Shown here one piece after another: positions 1 to 13,385 of a stretch of 64,000 nucleotides of DNA. Made by a program: the position numbers and the translations under genes. This DNA is from Octopus vulgaris (lineage: Eukaryota), in the NCBI GenBank assembly GCA_951406725.2, contig OX597820.1:127410001-127474000 (forward strand), in the 5' to 3' direction. Each line of letters begins with the position of its first letter. The first letter of the stretch is position 1. Below the pieces are notes generated by a model. The model had not been told where the DNA came from. It saw only the letters and a list, made by a program, of their open reading frames with translations, and ran no database searches.

Positions 1-2
1 AG

Positions 3-104
3 GATTCAATACCTTTAAATGACATGGGACCTGGCTATCAAACCCTGGGAGACCAGCGAGGTCATCCAAAATTCACAAATGCTTCTGGGCCAACATCTAG
101 TCTT
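3..104 (+). CDS. Penultimate coding exon of a p120/delta-catenin family gene
   Basis: AG at 1-2 and GTAAGT donor at 105-110. Open 34-codon frame DSIPLNDMGPGYQTLGDQRGHPKFTNASGPTSSL ends in phase 0, matching the phase-0 terminal exon at 3378. The upstream acceptor context lies outside the window. Confidence 0.7.
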
Positions 105-2298
105 GTAAGTATTGAGAAAATAATTGGTTTATTTGATTTCCAATCAATTCATACCTGCTGATTTTAGATGAGGATCTTTCAGTTTTCTAGCAGCCATGTC
201 AGTTTAATTAGTCTTTTAATTGAATGACTCCAAGTTCACTATTATTGGGAATGTTGAATCTGGAGAAATTGGGACACCAATATTTCCTCATATTTTCTGA
301 GTTTCTGCTGGAATATATATATATATATTCCTAACAACATCTGATAGACACGCAGTGTAACAGCATGCCTTTGATGCAAGTCTGAGGAAGCCCCTCTCCA
401 ATGTCTAAAAGCACAAATATTACATGGTTTTTCTTCTGAATTTTCATGTAAACTTGTGTTGCAAATGGAGATAGTAAGGAAACCTTTGTAACTTATAATT
501 AAAGCTGTGTTTAAAAAATTTTCTGTCACCTTCTTTTCATTGGATATATATATATATATATATATAGCTTCCAATCTAAAACTGAATTTACTTGGGGAAC
601 ACATCAAAATGGTTCACTGTACCCTAAATAAATTTTTTTCTGACAATTTCCAACTATGCCTGCAAGTTTTGCTATAAACAGATGAAAATAGCTTATCGGT
701 CTTAAATAGTTGTTTTTTTCTTTTGGTTTAAGAACAGTAATCCATTTGATCTTGTGTAATAGAATATATAATGGTTTGATGCTTTTTAGTATCCACTCCA
801 AGGAAACCTGTGTAAGATACACAATCCATTTATTTGAATTGATACTTTTTCCGATTCAAAGACAACATTTTGTTACTTGTGTCCATGGTATTAATGTTAA
901 CAGTATGAACCCTAAACAACTAGGAGGCACTAGCTTTAAATGTAATTGCGCAATATTTAAGTGTTTGTTAGATTCCATCTTAATGTTGTTATTTGATTAT
1001 TAGAATTGTAAATCCTTTTCCTTAATTGGTGTGTTTGCAATGATAATGTAAGTCCACATATAAAAAATTTCAGCTGTTATAACTGAGTATAATTGTTAGC
1101 CAGTGTTTTCTAAGTTACACTCCTTAAAACAAGTTCAAGTCGTAAGTCGTTTTATTTACATTCTTCATTCCTGCACTAGTTTATTTAGTAGTAGAATAAG
1201 CAATTGTTTAGGGACCAAATATTGCTTGAATCACCAAAGATAACATTTCAGTCTTTTTATCTCTCTGGCTTCTCAATTTTTAAACATGATATATTTTTTA
1301 TGCAATTTATAACATATCATTTAAATTAATTTATTTTATTCATGCTAGCAAAGAAGGTTTTTGTAAGACTAATTTTATGTAGACTTGATGACCATCAGCC
1401 GTTTCTAATGCCTTAACCCTTTTTTGATACCTGTCTGAAACCACCCCTGTTTCCACAATACAAACTTCTCCTTTTTAAGTGATCTAAATTAAAAACCTTC
1501 CATCAAAATTTCACGATAATTTACATCTCAAGCACCAGCTGAATAATGACAGTTATTTTACTAAATTTTTCATTAGTTTTTAAATTAATTCAAACAAAAC
1601 CAGTGTATTTCAACAAAAACATAACAAAAGAATTAATGAGGAAAACAAGGCAGGTTTATCTTCTTAATTTTGTTGATGTTAAGTTTGAACATATAAAAAG
1701 AAAAACATTGGTGGGATTTGGAATTCCAGAAGATTGATGTTCTGATAGTAGAGATTGTGTTTATAGTGTTTATGATGCAGTATGGGTGGTGACAGGTGTA
1801 GAGACTGATATGTTGGTTCAGGTGAAGCTGGTATACACCAGGTTAGTTAAAGTTATCTAAATCTGAAATCATTTTCAAGCGCCCTGGTTTCTGCTTGAGG
1901 TTACTTTTGTCATTGTTGTTCTTTGAGGCACCAAAAGTCAACAAAATCTACTTCACAATTTCCATGCTGCTTTCACTAGTATATTGTGCCACTGTTCAGA
2001 GTTTGTTATCCTCCGAGAGAAAAATTGGTATTCTAGTTGCCTAGATCTCTTTTATACAACTACCTAGAATAACGGACGATATTGTGTGACCAAGTTACTC
2101 AAATAATTTCTGTGGTTGTTTAGAAATGATTAACTCTGATTGAAGAGATCTGATGAGAGATAATTCAGCCATAACTGTCTTATCGTATCCAGGTACTAGT
2201 GCATCTTGAACAACATTATCCAATGTGTTCTCATTTTTTCTTTGAATCTTTTGATACCAATCTATTTGAGACCAGCCCCGGTTCTATAATACAAACTT

Positions 2299-2815
2299 CT
2301 AGTTCAACGTGCAACCAAGAGAATACCCTCCATCAGGCATCTGCCATATTCTGAACGCCTTACTTCCCTGGGCATGGATACATTGAAATTCCAACATCTG
2401 GCAGCTGACTTGGCAGACACCCATAAAATTATTAACCATCTTACAAATAATAACTCTGAGCACCTTTTCAAACTTCACCTGTCTAACACCTATGGACATG
2501 TTTACAAAGTCAGAAAACAGCACAGCTCCCATGACTTTCGGAAACATTTTTTCACGCTAAGAGTTGCTGAAGCATGGAACAGACTGCCGGCATCAGTTGT
2601 TAGTTGTCGGAGCACTGCATCCTTCAAAACTTCCATGCTTCCTGAGATTCGCCAACACTACACCTGATTTCCTCCCCTCCATACACACGCAAGCATGTAT
2701 CTGACTCATACACTGTTCACTTCCCAGACATTTGTACATTACTGCATATACTTTATACACACTTTTTGACAAGTTGTGGTACCCCTGAGCACTGTATACA
2801 ATAATTTCATTATTA
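2299..2815 (+). mobile_element. 5'-truncated CR1/L2-group LINE (ORF2 C-terminus plus 3'UTR), intronic
   Basis: LPYSERLTSLGMDTL...GHVYKV...RKHFFTLRVAEAWNRLPASVV...FK is the typical CR1 ORF2 tail. Ends in a short cattattat tail. Confidence 0.85.
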
Positions 2816-3377
2816 TATATAAGTAAAAAGTTTCCATCATAGTATGTTATGTCTCCAACACCCTGCTTAATAAAAATATAAAATCAGTGATTGTATGACA
2901 CTTTTTTTTATATATATATTGCAAATGATGTAAACTGCTGCCATGCTTGACTAAGTATTCACCACCAAGGAGATCCAATGCAGATCGAAACCACATGGTC
3001 TGGTGGTCTTGAAGCAAGTGTGACAAGAGTTATCTCCCGCTTACAATAAATATTGGTTGCAAGAAGCGCACTGAATGAACCAGCTGGAGACGTCTTCCTG
3101 GGGTTAAATGGCTGTGTTGTTGTCTCTTAAGAGACAGCCACACTAGGCAGTAGTTATGTTAATTACTTTGAAAATTAATTGAAAGAAAGGCTGTGTATTT
3201 CAACAGAAATATGGGGACAAAAAGGTTTCAAATGTAAGAGGAGAAGCATCAGCTGTAAAAAAAGAAAAACATCTGGACAAAGTCCCATCTAACCCATGCA
3301 AGCATGAAAAAGTAGACATTAAATTGATGATGATGATGATGATGATGATGCTATATTATAATCTTATTTCTTTTCAG

Positions 3378-3536
3378 GAGCCTCAACCGTTGACACTGGT
3401 TAACTCCCATGGTGAACCCCTATATGCACAAGTAAACAGATCTTCAGCAAGAAATGCCCAGGAGAGTTCCAACCCGACACAGAACAGTTCCGAGTATCAC
3501 TTTGAAAATCCCGGAAATGCAGACTCCTGGGTTTGA
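3378..3536 (+). CDS. CTNND2-like: Terminal coding exon of catenin delta-like protein (p120/delta-catenin/ARVCF/PKP4 family)
   Basis: Polypyrimidine acceptor tcttatttcttttcAG|GAG. Translates EPQPLTLVNSHGEPLYAQVNRSSARNAQESSNPTQNSSEYHFENPGNADSWV*. C-terminal DSWV is the PDZ-binding motif of delta-catenin, ARVCF and p0071. Armadillo repeats are not in the window. Confidence 0.75.
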   Translation, partial: EPQPLTLVNSHGEPLYAQVNRSSARNAQESSNPTQNSSEYHFENPGNADSWV

Positions 3537-3758
3537 AACTGCTCCTCTTCTCACTCCCTTTTCCTCTCCCACCAACTCACAGTTCACTGATTTATTACAA
3601 CCCCAGGACACTCTGACTGGGGAAAGAGAAGTACAAAAAACTGAATGAAAACAACAATCACTGTGCAGGATGCACTGATATACACAGACATCATTTCTAA
3701 ATTTCATTTATTTCATCGCCATCATCATCATCATCAGTCAACATCATCATCATCATCA

Positions 3759-3790
<32 letters not shown>

Positions 3791-4835
3791 GTGGAGGCAC
3801 ATGGCTTAGTGGTTAGGGTGCTGGACTCAGGATCATAAGATTGTGATTTTGATTCTTGGACTGGCAGAATTGTTAGCACACTGGATGAAATGCTTAGTGG
3901 CATTCCATCCATCATTACGTTCTGAGTTCAAATTCTGCTGAGGTTGACTTTGCCTTTCATCCTTTGAGGGTCAATAAATTTAAGTTGCAGTGAAACTCTG
4001 GGGTCAGTGATATCAACTCAATCCCCTTCCACCAAATTTCAGGCTTGTGCTTATAATAAGAAAGATTATTATTATTATTATTATTATCATTATTAGTTTT
4101 AAGGCAGAAAGCTGGCAGACGCCTCAGCACATTGAACCAAATGCTTAGTGAGAGTTCGTCTGGCCCTTTATGCTTAGTGACAGTTCGTCTGGCCCTTTAT
4201 GCTTTGAGTTCAAATACTGCCAAAATCAACTTTGCCTTTCTTTCGGGGTGGATAAAATAAAGTACCAGTCATGTATTGGGATCAATGTAATCAACAAGGC
4301 TCTCTCCCCTAAAATTTCAGACCTTGTTCCTATAGTAGAAAGGATTATTATTATTATGGAAGCAAGCAAACTGGCAGAGTTGTTAGCGATGCCTAGTGGT
4401 GTTTCTTTTGGCTCTTTACGTTCTACATTCAAATACTGCCATGGTCAACTTTGCCTTTCGTCCTTTTGGTGGGGATCAATAAAATAATGTATCAATCAAG
4501 TTATACTGGGGTCAATGTAATCGACTAGCTCCCTTCTCTTAAAATTGCTGGCCTTGTGCTAAAATTACAATTATCATTATTATTATTATTATTATTATTA
4601 CTAACTTAGACATCAATAGTAGCGTTTGCTCTTTCATCTTCACAATAATCCCCTCTTTCCAGTTTATTTATGCTTTTTCTTTGATTTTCATCATGCCTTC
4701 CTGTCCCCTCTTCTACCCTCCCACTAATAACTCTAAAACATTTAATCTAATGCATCTCAAAACAGCTGAAGATCTGTTCCGTGTGATTCCTTCAGAGATA
4801 CACACAAATATTTATGTTCTCATATATATATATGA

Positions 4836-4900
<65 letters not shown>

Positions 4901-5250
4901 TATATAAAAACTCCAAAACAAGCTGAAAATGCTCGAATAAGACAAAGTACAGACATTTTCTTTAACGATTATGCTTTTTCAGAACTGAAAGAGAAAAAAA
5001 TTTCATTTCTATATGCTGAGCATTCCTGATTATGATGATGATGATGATGGTGATATTTAGAGTTTGGTATCTGCTGAGTGCTTGGCTAATTCTACTAAGG
5101 TGTCATCAGCAGGTTTTACTCCAAGAAGAGAGAGTTGCCAACAGTCCTGCCTCCTTTTTATACACTGGAATCAAATTTGATATAACCTTTGACCTCTGTC
5201 ACATGAAAATCTCTGCTGTCCGAAAGAGGAGGAACAGAATCTATGAAACC

Positions 5251-5324
<74 letters not shown>

Positions 5325-5633
5325 TGAAATAGTGGAAGTTGACTTGAACGGTAACCTTTATTTTAAAGTTTGGGGTCTGGCTGTGTCTGTCTTCAGATAG
5401 TTTGGGGGTGTCTGGCTATGTCTGTCTTCAGATAGCATTTCACTATAGAATGCTTTCTCCTTTGAAATGCCATCTGTAGAAATTCTTAGTCCGAGATCAT
5501 CTTTAAAATAATGGTTGCAGCAACCAATGAACTTTCTTGGAATAAAAACATGTCAACTCTACTGAGTGGATTGAATTTTCCTCAACTTGTTCATAGTTCA
5601 AATTACATGTGCACACACACACGTTCGTGTGTG

Positions 5634-5667
<34 letters not shown>

Positions 5668-8590
5668 TATAATTATATTTATATTTGCATTGATTTTCAA
5701 ACTGCTCCAATCCATTGCGTTCGATGGTATTGGTTGATGTTACAACTGCTCTCACATTTGTGTACAGAAACAAACGAAGAATGTGTTTGTAAAATATTTT
5801 TTGATGTCATCCTTGCTTAGCCACATTACTGAAAATAAATTTAACAACAGTAGTACAGGGGACGGGTGGGGCTTGTATTATTATTATTATTATTATTATC
5901 ATTATTGATTAATATTTAAATTTTTTTTTATTTCTATTATTGTTCGGGTTTTTATTTTTATTTTTCATATTTTTTTTTTCAATTCTTTTTCCTTTGATTT
6001 GTGTGTGATTATATAAACAGTTTTTAAACATATACAAACAGACATATATATAGAGATATATAAATGTGTGTATGTTTGTGTGTTAGTGTTTACACACAAG
6101 CATACAAATTTTGTATGGCTTGGTTAAAGACCAGGTGTATACAAAGAAAAAAAATAGTTGGCAGTTTTCTAAAAGCATTCCATTTCTTTAATGTTGAGTA
6201 AGTTATTCTATGTTCTTAGTTTGTTAAAGACATTTGACAATGATCTTTCATCTCATACTCTTGTAAACTGTTGATATCTTCAGTTATCCACCCAGTGAAT
6301 AAAATCTTGAAAATACCACCGCTGCCCTCACAACCAAAACTTATTTCCTGTTAACAAAAAAAATAATAATAATAATGGTAAATTTTTAAAAAAATATCAA
6401 CTGCAAGGAAAAATAACCTGGGAGGATGTTAACGTTCATTTATCATTAAAAAAAAACTGATTTTTTAATTATCTCTCTTTTTGTTTTGTTTTTATATACA
6501 TCCCCTTATGAAATTGCCAACTCATTCCTTTCAAAATTTGGTTTAAAACCAAAGTTAAAATATAAAAAAAATCAACTAATTTACTAACACAATTATAAAC
6601 CTAACATCCAAATCTATTTTTTGATTGATTCATATCTCAGTACTAGGAAAGAACAACATGCTCCACACACACTCATGCATGCACACACACACTCTTAACA
6701 AACAGAACAATTAAATTATTATTTATTCTATTCAACAATGATTTGATGTATTCCTGTACAGTTGTTAATCTGTATGCTATTTAGAAATCTAATTGTACAA
6801 TACACCATCCTTATTTTTATTTACAGAACATTTTGTTTGTTTTATATTTTTATTTTGCTTTTGTTTTCCACTGTCTCTTTGAAGCTGTGAAAAAATAAGG
6901 AAGTTTTTCTTATTGTAAAATATATGTAATGGCTATGTGTGAATGTCTGTCTGTCTGTCTCTGTTTCCAATTTTCTTCTGTCTTGTTGATTTATTTAATC
7001 TGTTAACAACAAAGCTTTGATTTATTAGCCCTGACTAATTCCAAGGTATATCCACCCTGTATTCTAAAATGTTAAAAAAATAGTTATCACATGTTCTTAC
7101 TTCCATGTTATTAATATTTGCATTTTGTTGTTTTAGTATTTAACAATGTCCAATAAGTTGAATTTTGTTTAACAAAGGCTAACTAGACACATTTAAACTC
7201 TCTATGAATCGGTCATAAGGCATACATTCTAACTGCTTTAAGGATGATTTTCTTTACTGCTAATACTTCAATCTTTTGATAAATTAACTCTTTAGCATTC
7301 ATTATACTAATGATGCGAGATAATATTAATGTAACATAAAAATTGAGACTCAGAAAAAGTTAATTTTGTATGTGAATTTACCGGGGATTTTCCTACTACA
7401 AAATGTAATGGTGTCAATCAACGACCAGTACAAATTGCAAAATGTTGAAATAATTTCTCAAATGACTTTCAGATTTAGATGAAAACTGAAATTAATATGG
7501 ATATCTTTTAAATGTTGGGCCTAGTTGCACCTATGCAATGGTGTTATTATTGTATGGTGCATTACCTAGTTGCTTTGATATATAGACTTGTTCTTTGGCT
7601 ACCGATCTGTTCTGCTCTTGCAGACCTATAGTGCTTAGATCCAAGAATTGTTTCATCATTATCACTTTAACCATGACCATTTCATATTTGTTAGTCTTGG
7701 CTGTCCAAAGATGGATTTAAATTAATGAAGCCCCTACTTCAAAGACAGAATTTATGGTGGAACATAAATAGTCTCATCTACTGAGCACTTAAAGAAAATT
7801 TTGTGAAATTCCATTGCTGGTTTCAACACAAACAAGTTTGGTGCTGATGCCCAGTTTATGTGGTTCTTGATGTTATTATTGTGTTTGCAAAACATAAGAT
7901 TCTGTTGCTTAAAATGTTTGTTCCTTGTCACTGCCATATCATTTGAAAGGTAACACACTATTTAGTTGTGGGGATATGAGGTGTAGTATATATATTATTA
8001 GATCATAGATTGAAGCTAGATTGTTTTTAAGTGTAACTTCATTAGATGCTTGGTTATCAAATAATAAATAAATTAGGCCAACAATCTATGATTTATTGTA
8101 GACTAGAGTTGTTCAAACATATGTATGCCTAGTTTTGTGTACTTAAAGCAGAGTGGAAGAGGTGTGTGCTGTACATGGCCTGATCTGAAGGCATGCAAAA
8201 GGCTCGTCAGTTCAGTTAAGAGTCAGTCTTGTAAGGAAGAGATAGCCAATGTGACCAGAATAAACTAGTAGAGAACTGTACAATATTCCAAATCTCCTGT
8301 TATATAAATGTATGTTTTCTGTATTGTTAACTAATATTTGAGATATGTATATATACATATATATAACATCAAGTATTGAGAAACAAAAAATGTGTATTTT
8401 GTAATTTTTATTTGTAAAAACGGTTTCCCAAAGTAACAGAAATGAAAATCATAAATTTATATCTCAGCTGTTTGTGGCTTTGAAGTCTTCCTGTTAATTG
8501 ATCAATTTGTAATTCTACAGGAAACTGTTAACTTTTTCTTTTTTTTTTTTTATAAAAAAATAAAGTTTATTAATTTCTGTAACATGTTAC
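3537..8590 (+). other. Probable long 3'UTR of the delta-catenin-like gene
   Basis: U/AU-rich sequence after the stop codon. AATAAA at 8559-8564 is followed by a GU/U-rich tract. The end point is inferred. Confidence 0.45.
3794..4575 (+). mobile_element. Cluster of degenerate tRNA-derived SINEs (Meta/MESC-like core) separated by (ATT)n
   Basis: Repeated gagttcaaat...ctttgcctttcatccttt..ggg.tc.ataaa..aagtacc core with A/B-box-like heads. Confidence 0.7.
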
Positions 8591-8777
8591 ATGTTTTTCA
8601 GTTATTCCATCGACTTTGATAACTTTGTGTGTAACATATGTGTCTGTCTATATGCATGTGTGTACATACATACATGCATATATGTATGTATGTATGTATG
8701 TATGCATACAAAACCATATGCAAGTAATAATTATTGCATACATCAACTGGATTAATCTCAAGTCTTGGCAATTCAAT

Positions 8778-8940
8778 CATCATCATCATTGTTTGACCGT
8801 AGTCGAGACAATGGAATTTACTATGTTACGCCAGACTTCACGGTCCATCATAGCATTACGGAGGTCCTGTTGCTGGATGCCTGTATCCCTGGAGATTACA
8901 TCAGGCAATTCAAGATGACCTGAACAGGGTTGTTTGGTAT
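8778..8940 (-). mobile_element. 3' end of an RTE-like LINE
   Basis: Minus strand reads PDVISRDTGIQQQDLRNAMMDREVWRNIVNSIVSTTVKQ* followed by a (TGA)n tail. Confidence 0.65.
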
Positions 8941-8947
8941 ACCTTAA

Positions 8948-9147
8948 CCCTTTAGCATTCAGATTACTTTGTCAAATGTATTAGTTATTTATTACATTCT
9001 ATTAAATTAATCCTGTATTATCTCATAGCTCTGAAATTTCAAAGATGTGATTGTTTAGGGAAAATGTCAGAGGCAGGGTCTGGTCAGTTTGAACAAAAAG
9101 TCAGTAGAAAATTTGGGCCAGGTGTGGCTGATTAAAATGCTAAAGGG
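8948..9147. mobile_element. piggyBac-type MITE
   Basis: TIR CCCTTTAGCATT...AATGCTAAAGGG flanked by TTAA on both sides (8944-8947, 9148-9151). Related degenerate copies lie near 1413-1637 and about 11710-11908. Confidence 0.8.
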
Positions 9148-9461
9148 TTAATCAAGAAAGTAGCAGCAAACTTTAGAGAACTTCCCATGCTTTGCAGTTA
9201 CAATTGGTTCCTCACCTCACTACTGCTGCCCCTATTTCGACCCTAATGATTAATTTCTCTACTCACAGCCAACTGTTTGTCTTCAAACTTTTCTTCCTGA
9301 AGCTACATGCTTCTAGAAATGTCTCAACAGCTCATCCTTCTTAGATTTTGAGAATTAACCAAGAAGTACTATGGCATTATTCTTTGTTACTCTTTCAAAT
9401 ATTACAAAGTCATTTAGAAATGTGTAATGTGATGTTTCTCTCAATATTTAGTTGCTCATAC

Positions 9462-9691
9462 CTCACTATGTTGCTGTCGTGAATTCCAGATGGGTCTGCT
9501 TTTGGTATTGTTGTTTGCTAAGTAGAGTGATGAAATTTTGAATTTCACTCCTACTGTGTGGATTAATTCATCCATGGCATGGCACATTGAGTGGCCATAA
9601 TTCAAAGGTGACACTTTAATTGAAATATCCTCTGGATTATTTTGGAAATGGTACACCTGTTTTCTCTGGCACTGAGGAAAGATTTTATTCC
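9462..9691 (-). other. Candidate antisense exon (open frame, unknown product)
   Basis: Minus-strand acceptor tttttttgtttccaatacAG and donor GAG|GTATGA. The 230-nt interval is open in one frame. No recognisable homology. Confidence 0.3.
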
Positions 9692-11135
9692 CTGTATTGG
9701 AAACAAAAAAAAAGAAAACCAGTTAAGAAACAGTATTCTTGTTTGCACCAGTGAGTTGTACCACCTCATGGTATCTATTTACATCTTAGTGGACTGGGTA
9801 TTTGAAGATGAAATGTTAGCAGCAGACACAAATTATTGAGCCTTCAGCAAGTTAGCTCTTTAACTGTTTGGCCAACTGCAATTCTTTCACTTAGGATAAC
9901 TTGCCATATATTAAAGTTAAATATGAGATATTTTATATTTTATATTTTATAAATTCTATCGAGCACAGTTAAAATGTTGACTCCTTCAAAACCTGCTGAA
10001 GATATTTGGGTTTCCATTTTTAGAGATGGTGAGGAGTTTGATTCTGGGGAAGCTTGACTGTTACTTCAGGCAGGTCAAGTTACAATGTGAGAAGTTACAT
10101 TAATAAAGTTTTTTTATATTTTCAGATCCATCCACTTTTTGTACATTTTAAAAAACAAAAACAAAATGATGTAAAAATCATTGAATTAAAATTTGTGAAC
10201 AGGGATTAAACCATACTTTTTTATGAATGGTTCCAAGAGTCTAACCCAGTTCTTGTAAATCTTTTTTGACTTTGTCACACATTGAAGACCAAAGAAAGAA
10301 AATATATATATATATATATATATATATACTGGTACTCTTCAAATTCAATTGGGGAATTAAAAAAAAAAATTTGAAAAAAAACGAAAAAACCGACTTCCTT
10401 ACCTTGTTTTGCGAATCATACTTGTGTATAATAAAATTATGACCGACACATTTTTTTAAAGATGCTTAACCTTTAGAACGGATTTTCTGAAGCTTTGAAT
10501 TACATTTTTAAAAATTCATCGTGCACCTAGATGGTACCCCATCCTCAGCTTGAAATGCACTATAAGAGAACCATTGGTCTAATCCATTGTGCCAATCGGC
10601 TGACCCTCACCCATCATCCAGTTCCATTCCAAAAAAATTAACAGAATAATCCAGAATCCTTATGGATTAATGTTTCATATGAGAAGCACCATTTATGTAT
10701 TTGTTTGTGCTGTTTTTTAAATTTTATTGTCCTATAATTTACATATAAATTAACCTAAATTTTGAATAGGGTAACTTAAATTAGTCCCCTTCAAGTGTAA
10801 AATCAAGAATATAAAAATATATATTATGCAATCTTGTATTATTCAATTATGACTTGATGATGCTTGAAGTATAGTCAAAAACTTTTGTATTTACTTCAGT
10901 CTATGCATTATTTTTAATTTTTGTGGCAAGAAAAAAGATGTCTTTTGGCTACTAGTAGTGACTAATGAGAAGAGTGCTTATCATAAATATAAGAGAAATA
11001 TTCGTTTGTGAATCATCAAGGCAACTAATGGAGATGAATACCAACATTCACAAGTGGATCACTTGAATAATTGTGGAGATCTTCTCTACATGAAACCATT
11101 GGTTACCTTGTTAATCTACAAAAATAATGTGTGTT

Positions 11136-11186
<51 letters not shown>

Positions 11187-12129
11187 TCTTATAATTATGA
11201 GTATAATTATCATTAGGGTTAAGCAACAAATTTGCTTCATCACATACCGAAAATCTCTCATCTGGAGATTTTCTTATGGTAGAGAAATAGCTAGTTTTGG
11301 CTGCTATTTCTAAATTTCGGTATGTGGTGAAGCAAATTTTTTGCTGAACCCTAATTATAATTATACTCATAATTATAAGAATTTTTGTTTAAGTTTACTG
11401 ATAATGGTTCTTTTAACATGCCGAACTACTTGGTAAAATTATTAATTAATTAATTAATCTTACCCTTTATTATTATTGTTATTATATATACATATATGTA
11501 TGTATATATATATTCATGTATGTCTACATCAATTACAGTGTGGAAGACAATTATTAGCCATTCAAAAACTGTTGTTAACTTCAATTAAACATTTAATATT
11601 TGGTGTGAAAATCACTAGCTGTGACTTGGTCACTGCTGGTGAAACTGAGTCAGTCTGACCTGATTGCGGTTAGTGTGATGAAAATTTTAACACAAAATGA
11701 ATGTTTAGCCTTTTTGATATCAACCAACCTAAAACCTCCCTGTTTTCATTTAACACAACTTCCATTCTTAAAGAAATCTGAATCAAATTCTACCATTATA
11801 ATTTCAAAGTACCAGATTAATAATAAAGTTAATTTACTTTTTGCTTCATTATTTTAAAAATGAATTGAAACAAAGAATATTTTAGAAACAAAGTAAGAAA
11901 AGGGTTAAGTGAAGTGAAGTTTTTGAGTTTTTGAATGGCTAATGTGTCTTACACATTGTAATTGTTTTAGTTCCAACACATGGTCTTCGATCAAATCTCT
12001 TGCCAGACAAGTGCATCTTTGAAATATATATTTGTGTTCTATACACATATTATATAAATGTATTTGGTTACTCTTATGTTGCTTTTCCTTTTTATCTTCC
12101 TCTATATCTATGGAGAACTGATTGTTATT

Positions 12130-13385
12130 AAGGTCAGTGGATGGTAGAAGTAGATACCTGGCTAAATATACCTTGCAGTGTTCAGTTACATCCCTTTAAC
12201 TGTCTGGACTCAAATCCCACCAAGGGGCAGCTTTTCTCATTTCATCCCTCATGTTGGGGTGGCATAGTCACATATATTGATGTGATTAAATTGACAACGA
12301 CCCACCTCCTTCAAAATTCATGGCTGTGCCCTAATTTGGTAAATTATTCAGGTGGTGAGCTGACAGAATCATTCTTGTGCCAAGGAAAATGCTTAGCAGT
12401 ATATCATCCACCTTTACAGTCTAAGTTCAAATTCCACTGAGGTCAACTTTGCTTTTCATCCTTTCAGGGTCGATGTAACTGACTTACCCCCTCCCCCAAA
12501 ATTACTGGCCTTGTGTCAAAATTTGAAATCATTTTTATTATTATTATTATGCCAGACAAAATGCTTAGCAGCGTTTCGTCTTTACATTCTTAGTTCTAAT
12601 TTTGTCAAAGTCATCTTTGCTTTTCATCCTTTCAAGGTCTATTACAGGTACCAGTTGAACACCGGGGTGGATGTAATCAACTAGCCCCATTCTCTCAAAT
12701 TTTAGGCCTTGTGCCTATATTACAAAGGATTATTGTTGTTATTAATGATTATTAGTGTTGTAAGGCTAAGTGCACACTTCTAGTAAGCTGTGTCTAAAAT
12801 CCAGATTTGATTCTTCCCAGTTGACACAAATTAACTTTACATCACTTAATTCCATTGGGTTGTGTAAGGAATGTTGTGTAATATATTCCCCTCTATTTAA
12901 ATCATAGGTCCTTTGTGCCTAGACAAATGAAGAAACCCTGTTGAGTTGGCAGAACTTGTAGTGCTTTACAAAAGTTCTTTGCCTCTACATTTTGAGTTCA
13001 AATCATGCCCTGGCTTGACTTTGCCTTTTATCCTTCCAGGGTTGATAAGATAAAGTACTGGTCAAGTATTAATGGATGGGTGGGAGGGTGGGTGCAATTC
13101 AATCAATGGCTTTACTCTTCCCCCTATAAATTTGTGGTTTTGTGCCAGTGTAAGAAATTATTAGGGCAGTAGATTAGAAGAATTGGTGGAGTGTCAGAAA
13201 AATTACCTGGCAATGTTTGTTCTGACATTTTACATTCAAAGTTCAAATACTGCTATGGTCATCTTTGCCTTTCATCCCCTCTGGGGTCTATAAAATACCA
13301 GTCAAGTACTGGAGTCAATATAATCAACTAAAACCCTCCCTTTCAAAATTGCTGGCCCTGTGCCTAAATCAGAAACCATTATTAT
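12130..13385 (+). mobile_element. Array of about five degenerate Meta-core SINE copies
   Basis: Repeated gttcaaat...tttgc.tttcatcc... core with (ATT)n-like spacers. Confidence 0.65.

Noticed and set aside
2920-3145. Possible intronic C/D snoRNA, and the palindrome tgtctcttaagagaca
   Set aside because: The C box is imperfect (ATGATGT), with no convincing terminal stem or antisense element.
3324-3377. Poly-Met N-terminus of ORF 3324-3536
   Set aside because: It is an intronic (GAT)n retroposon tail. The real exon starts at the 3378 acceptor.
4765-4805. CTGAAGA-TCTG...CAGA-GATAC hammerhead-like motif in the 3'UTR
   Set aside because: The GAAA core is broken and there is no stem I or III.
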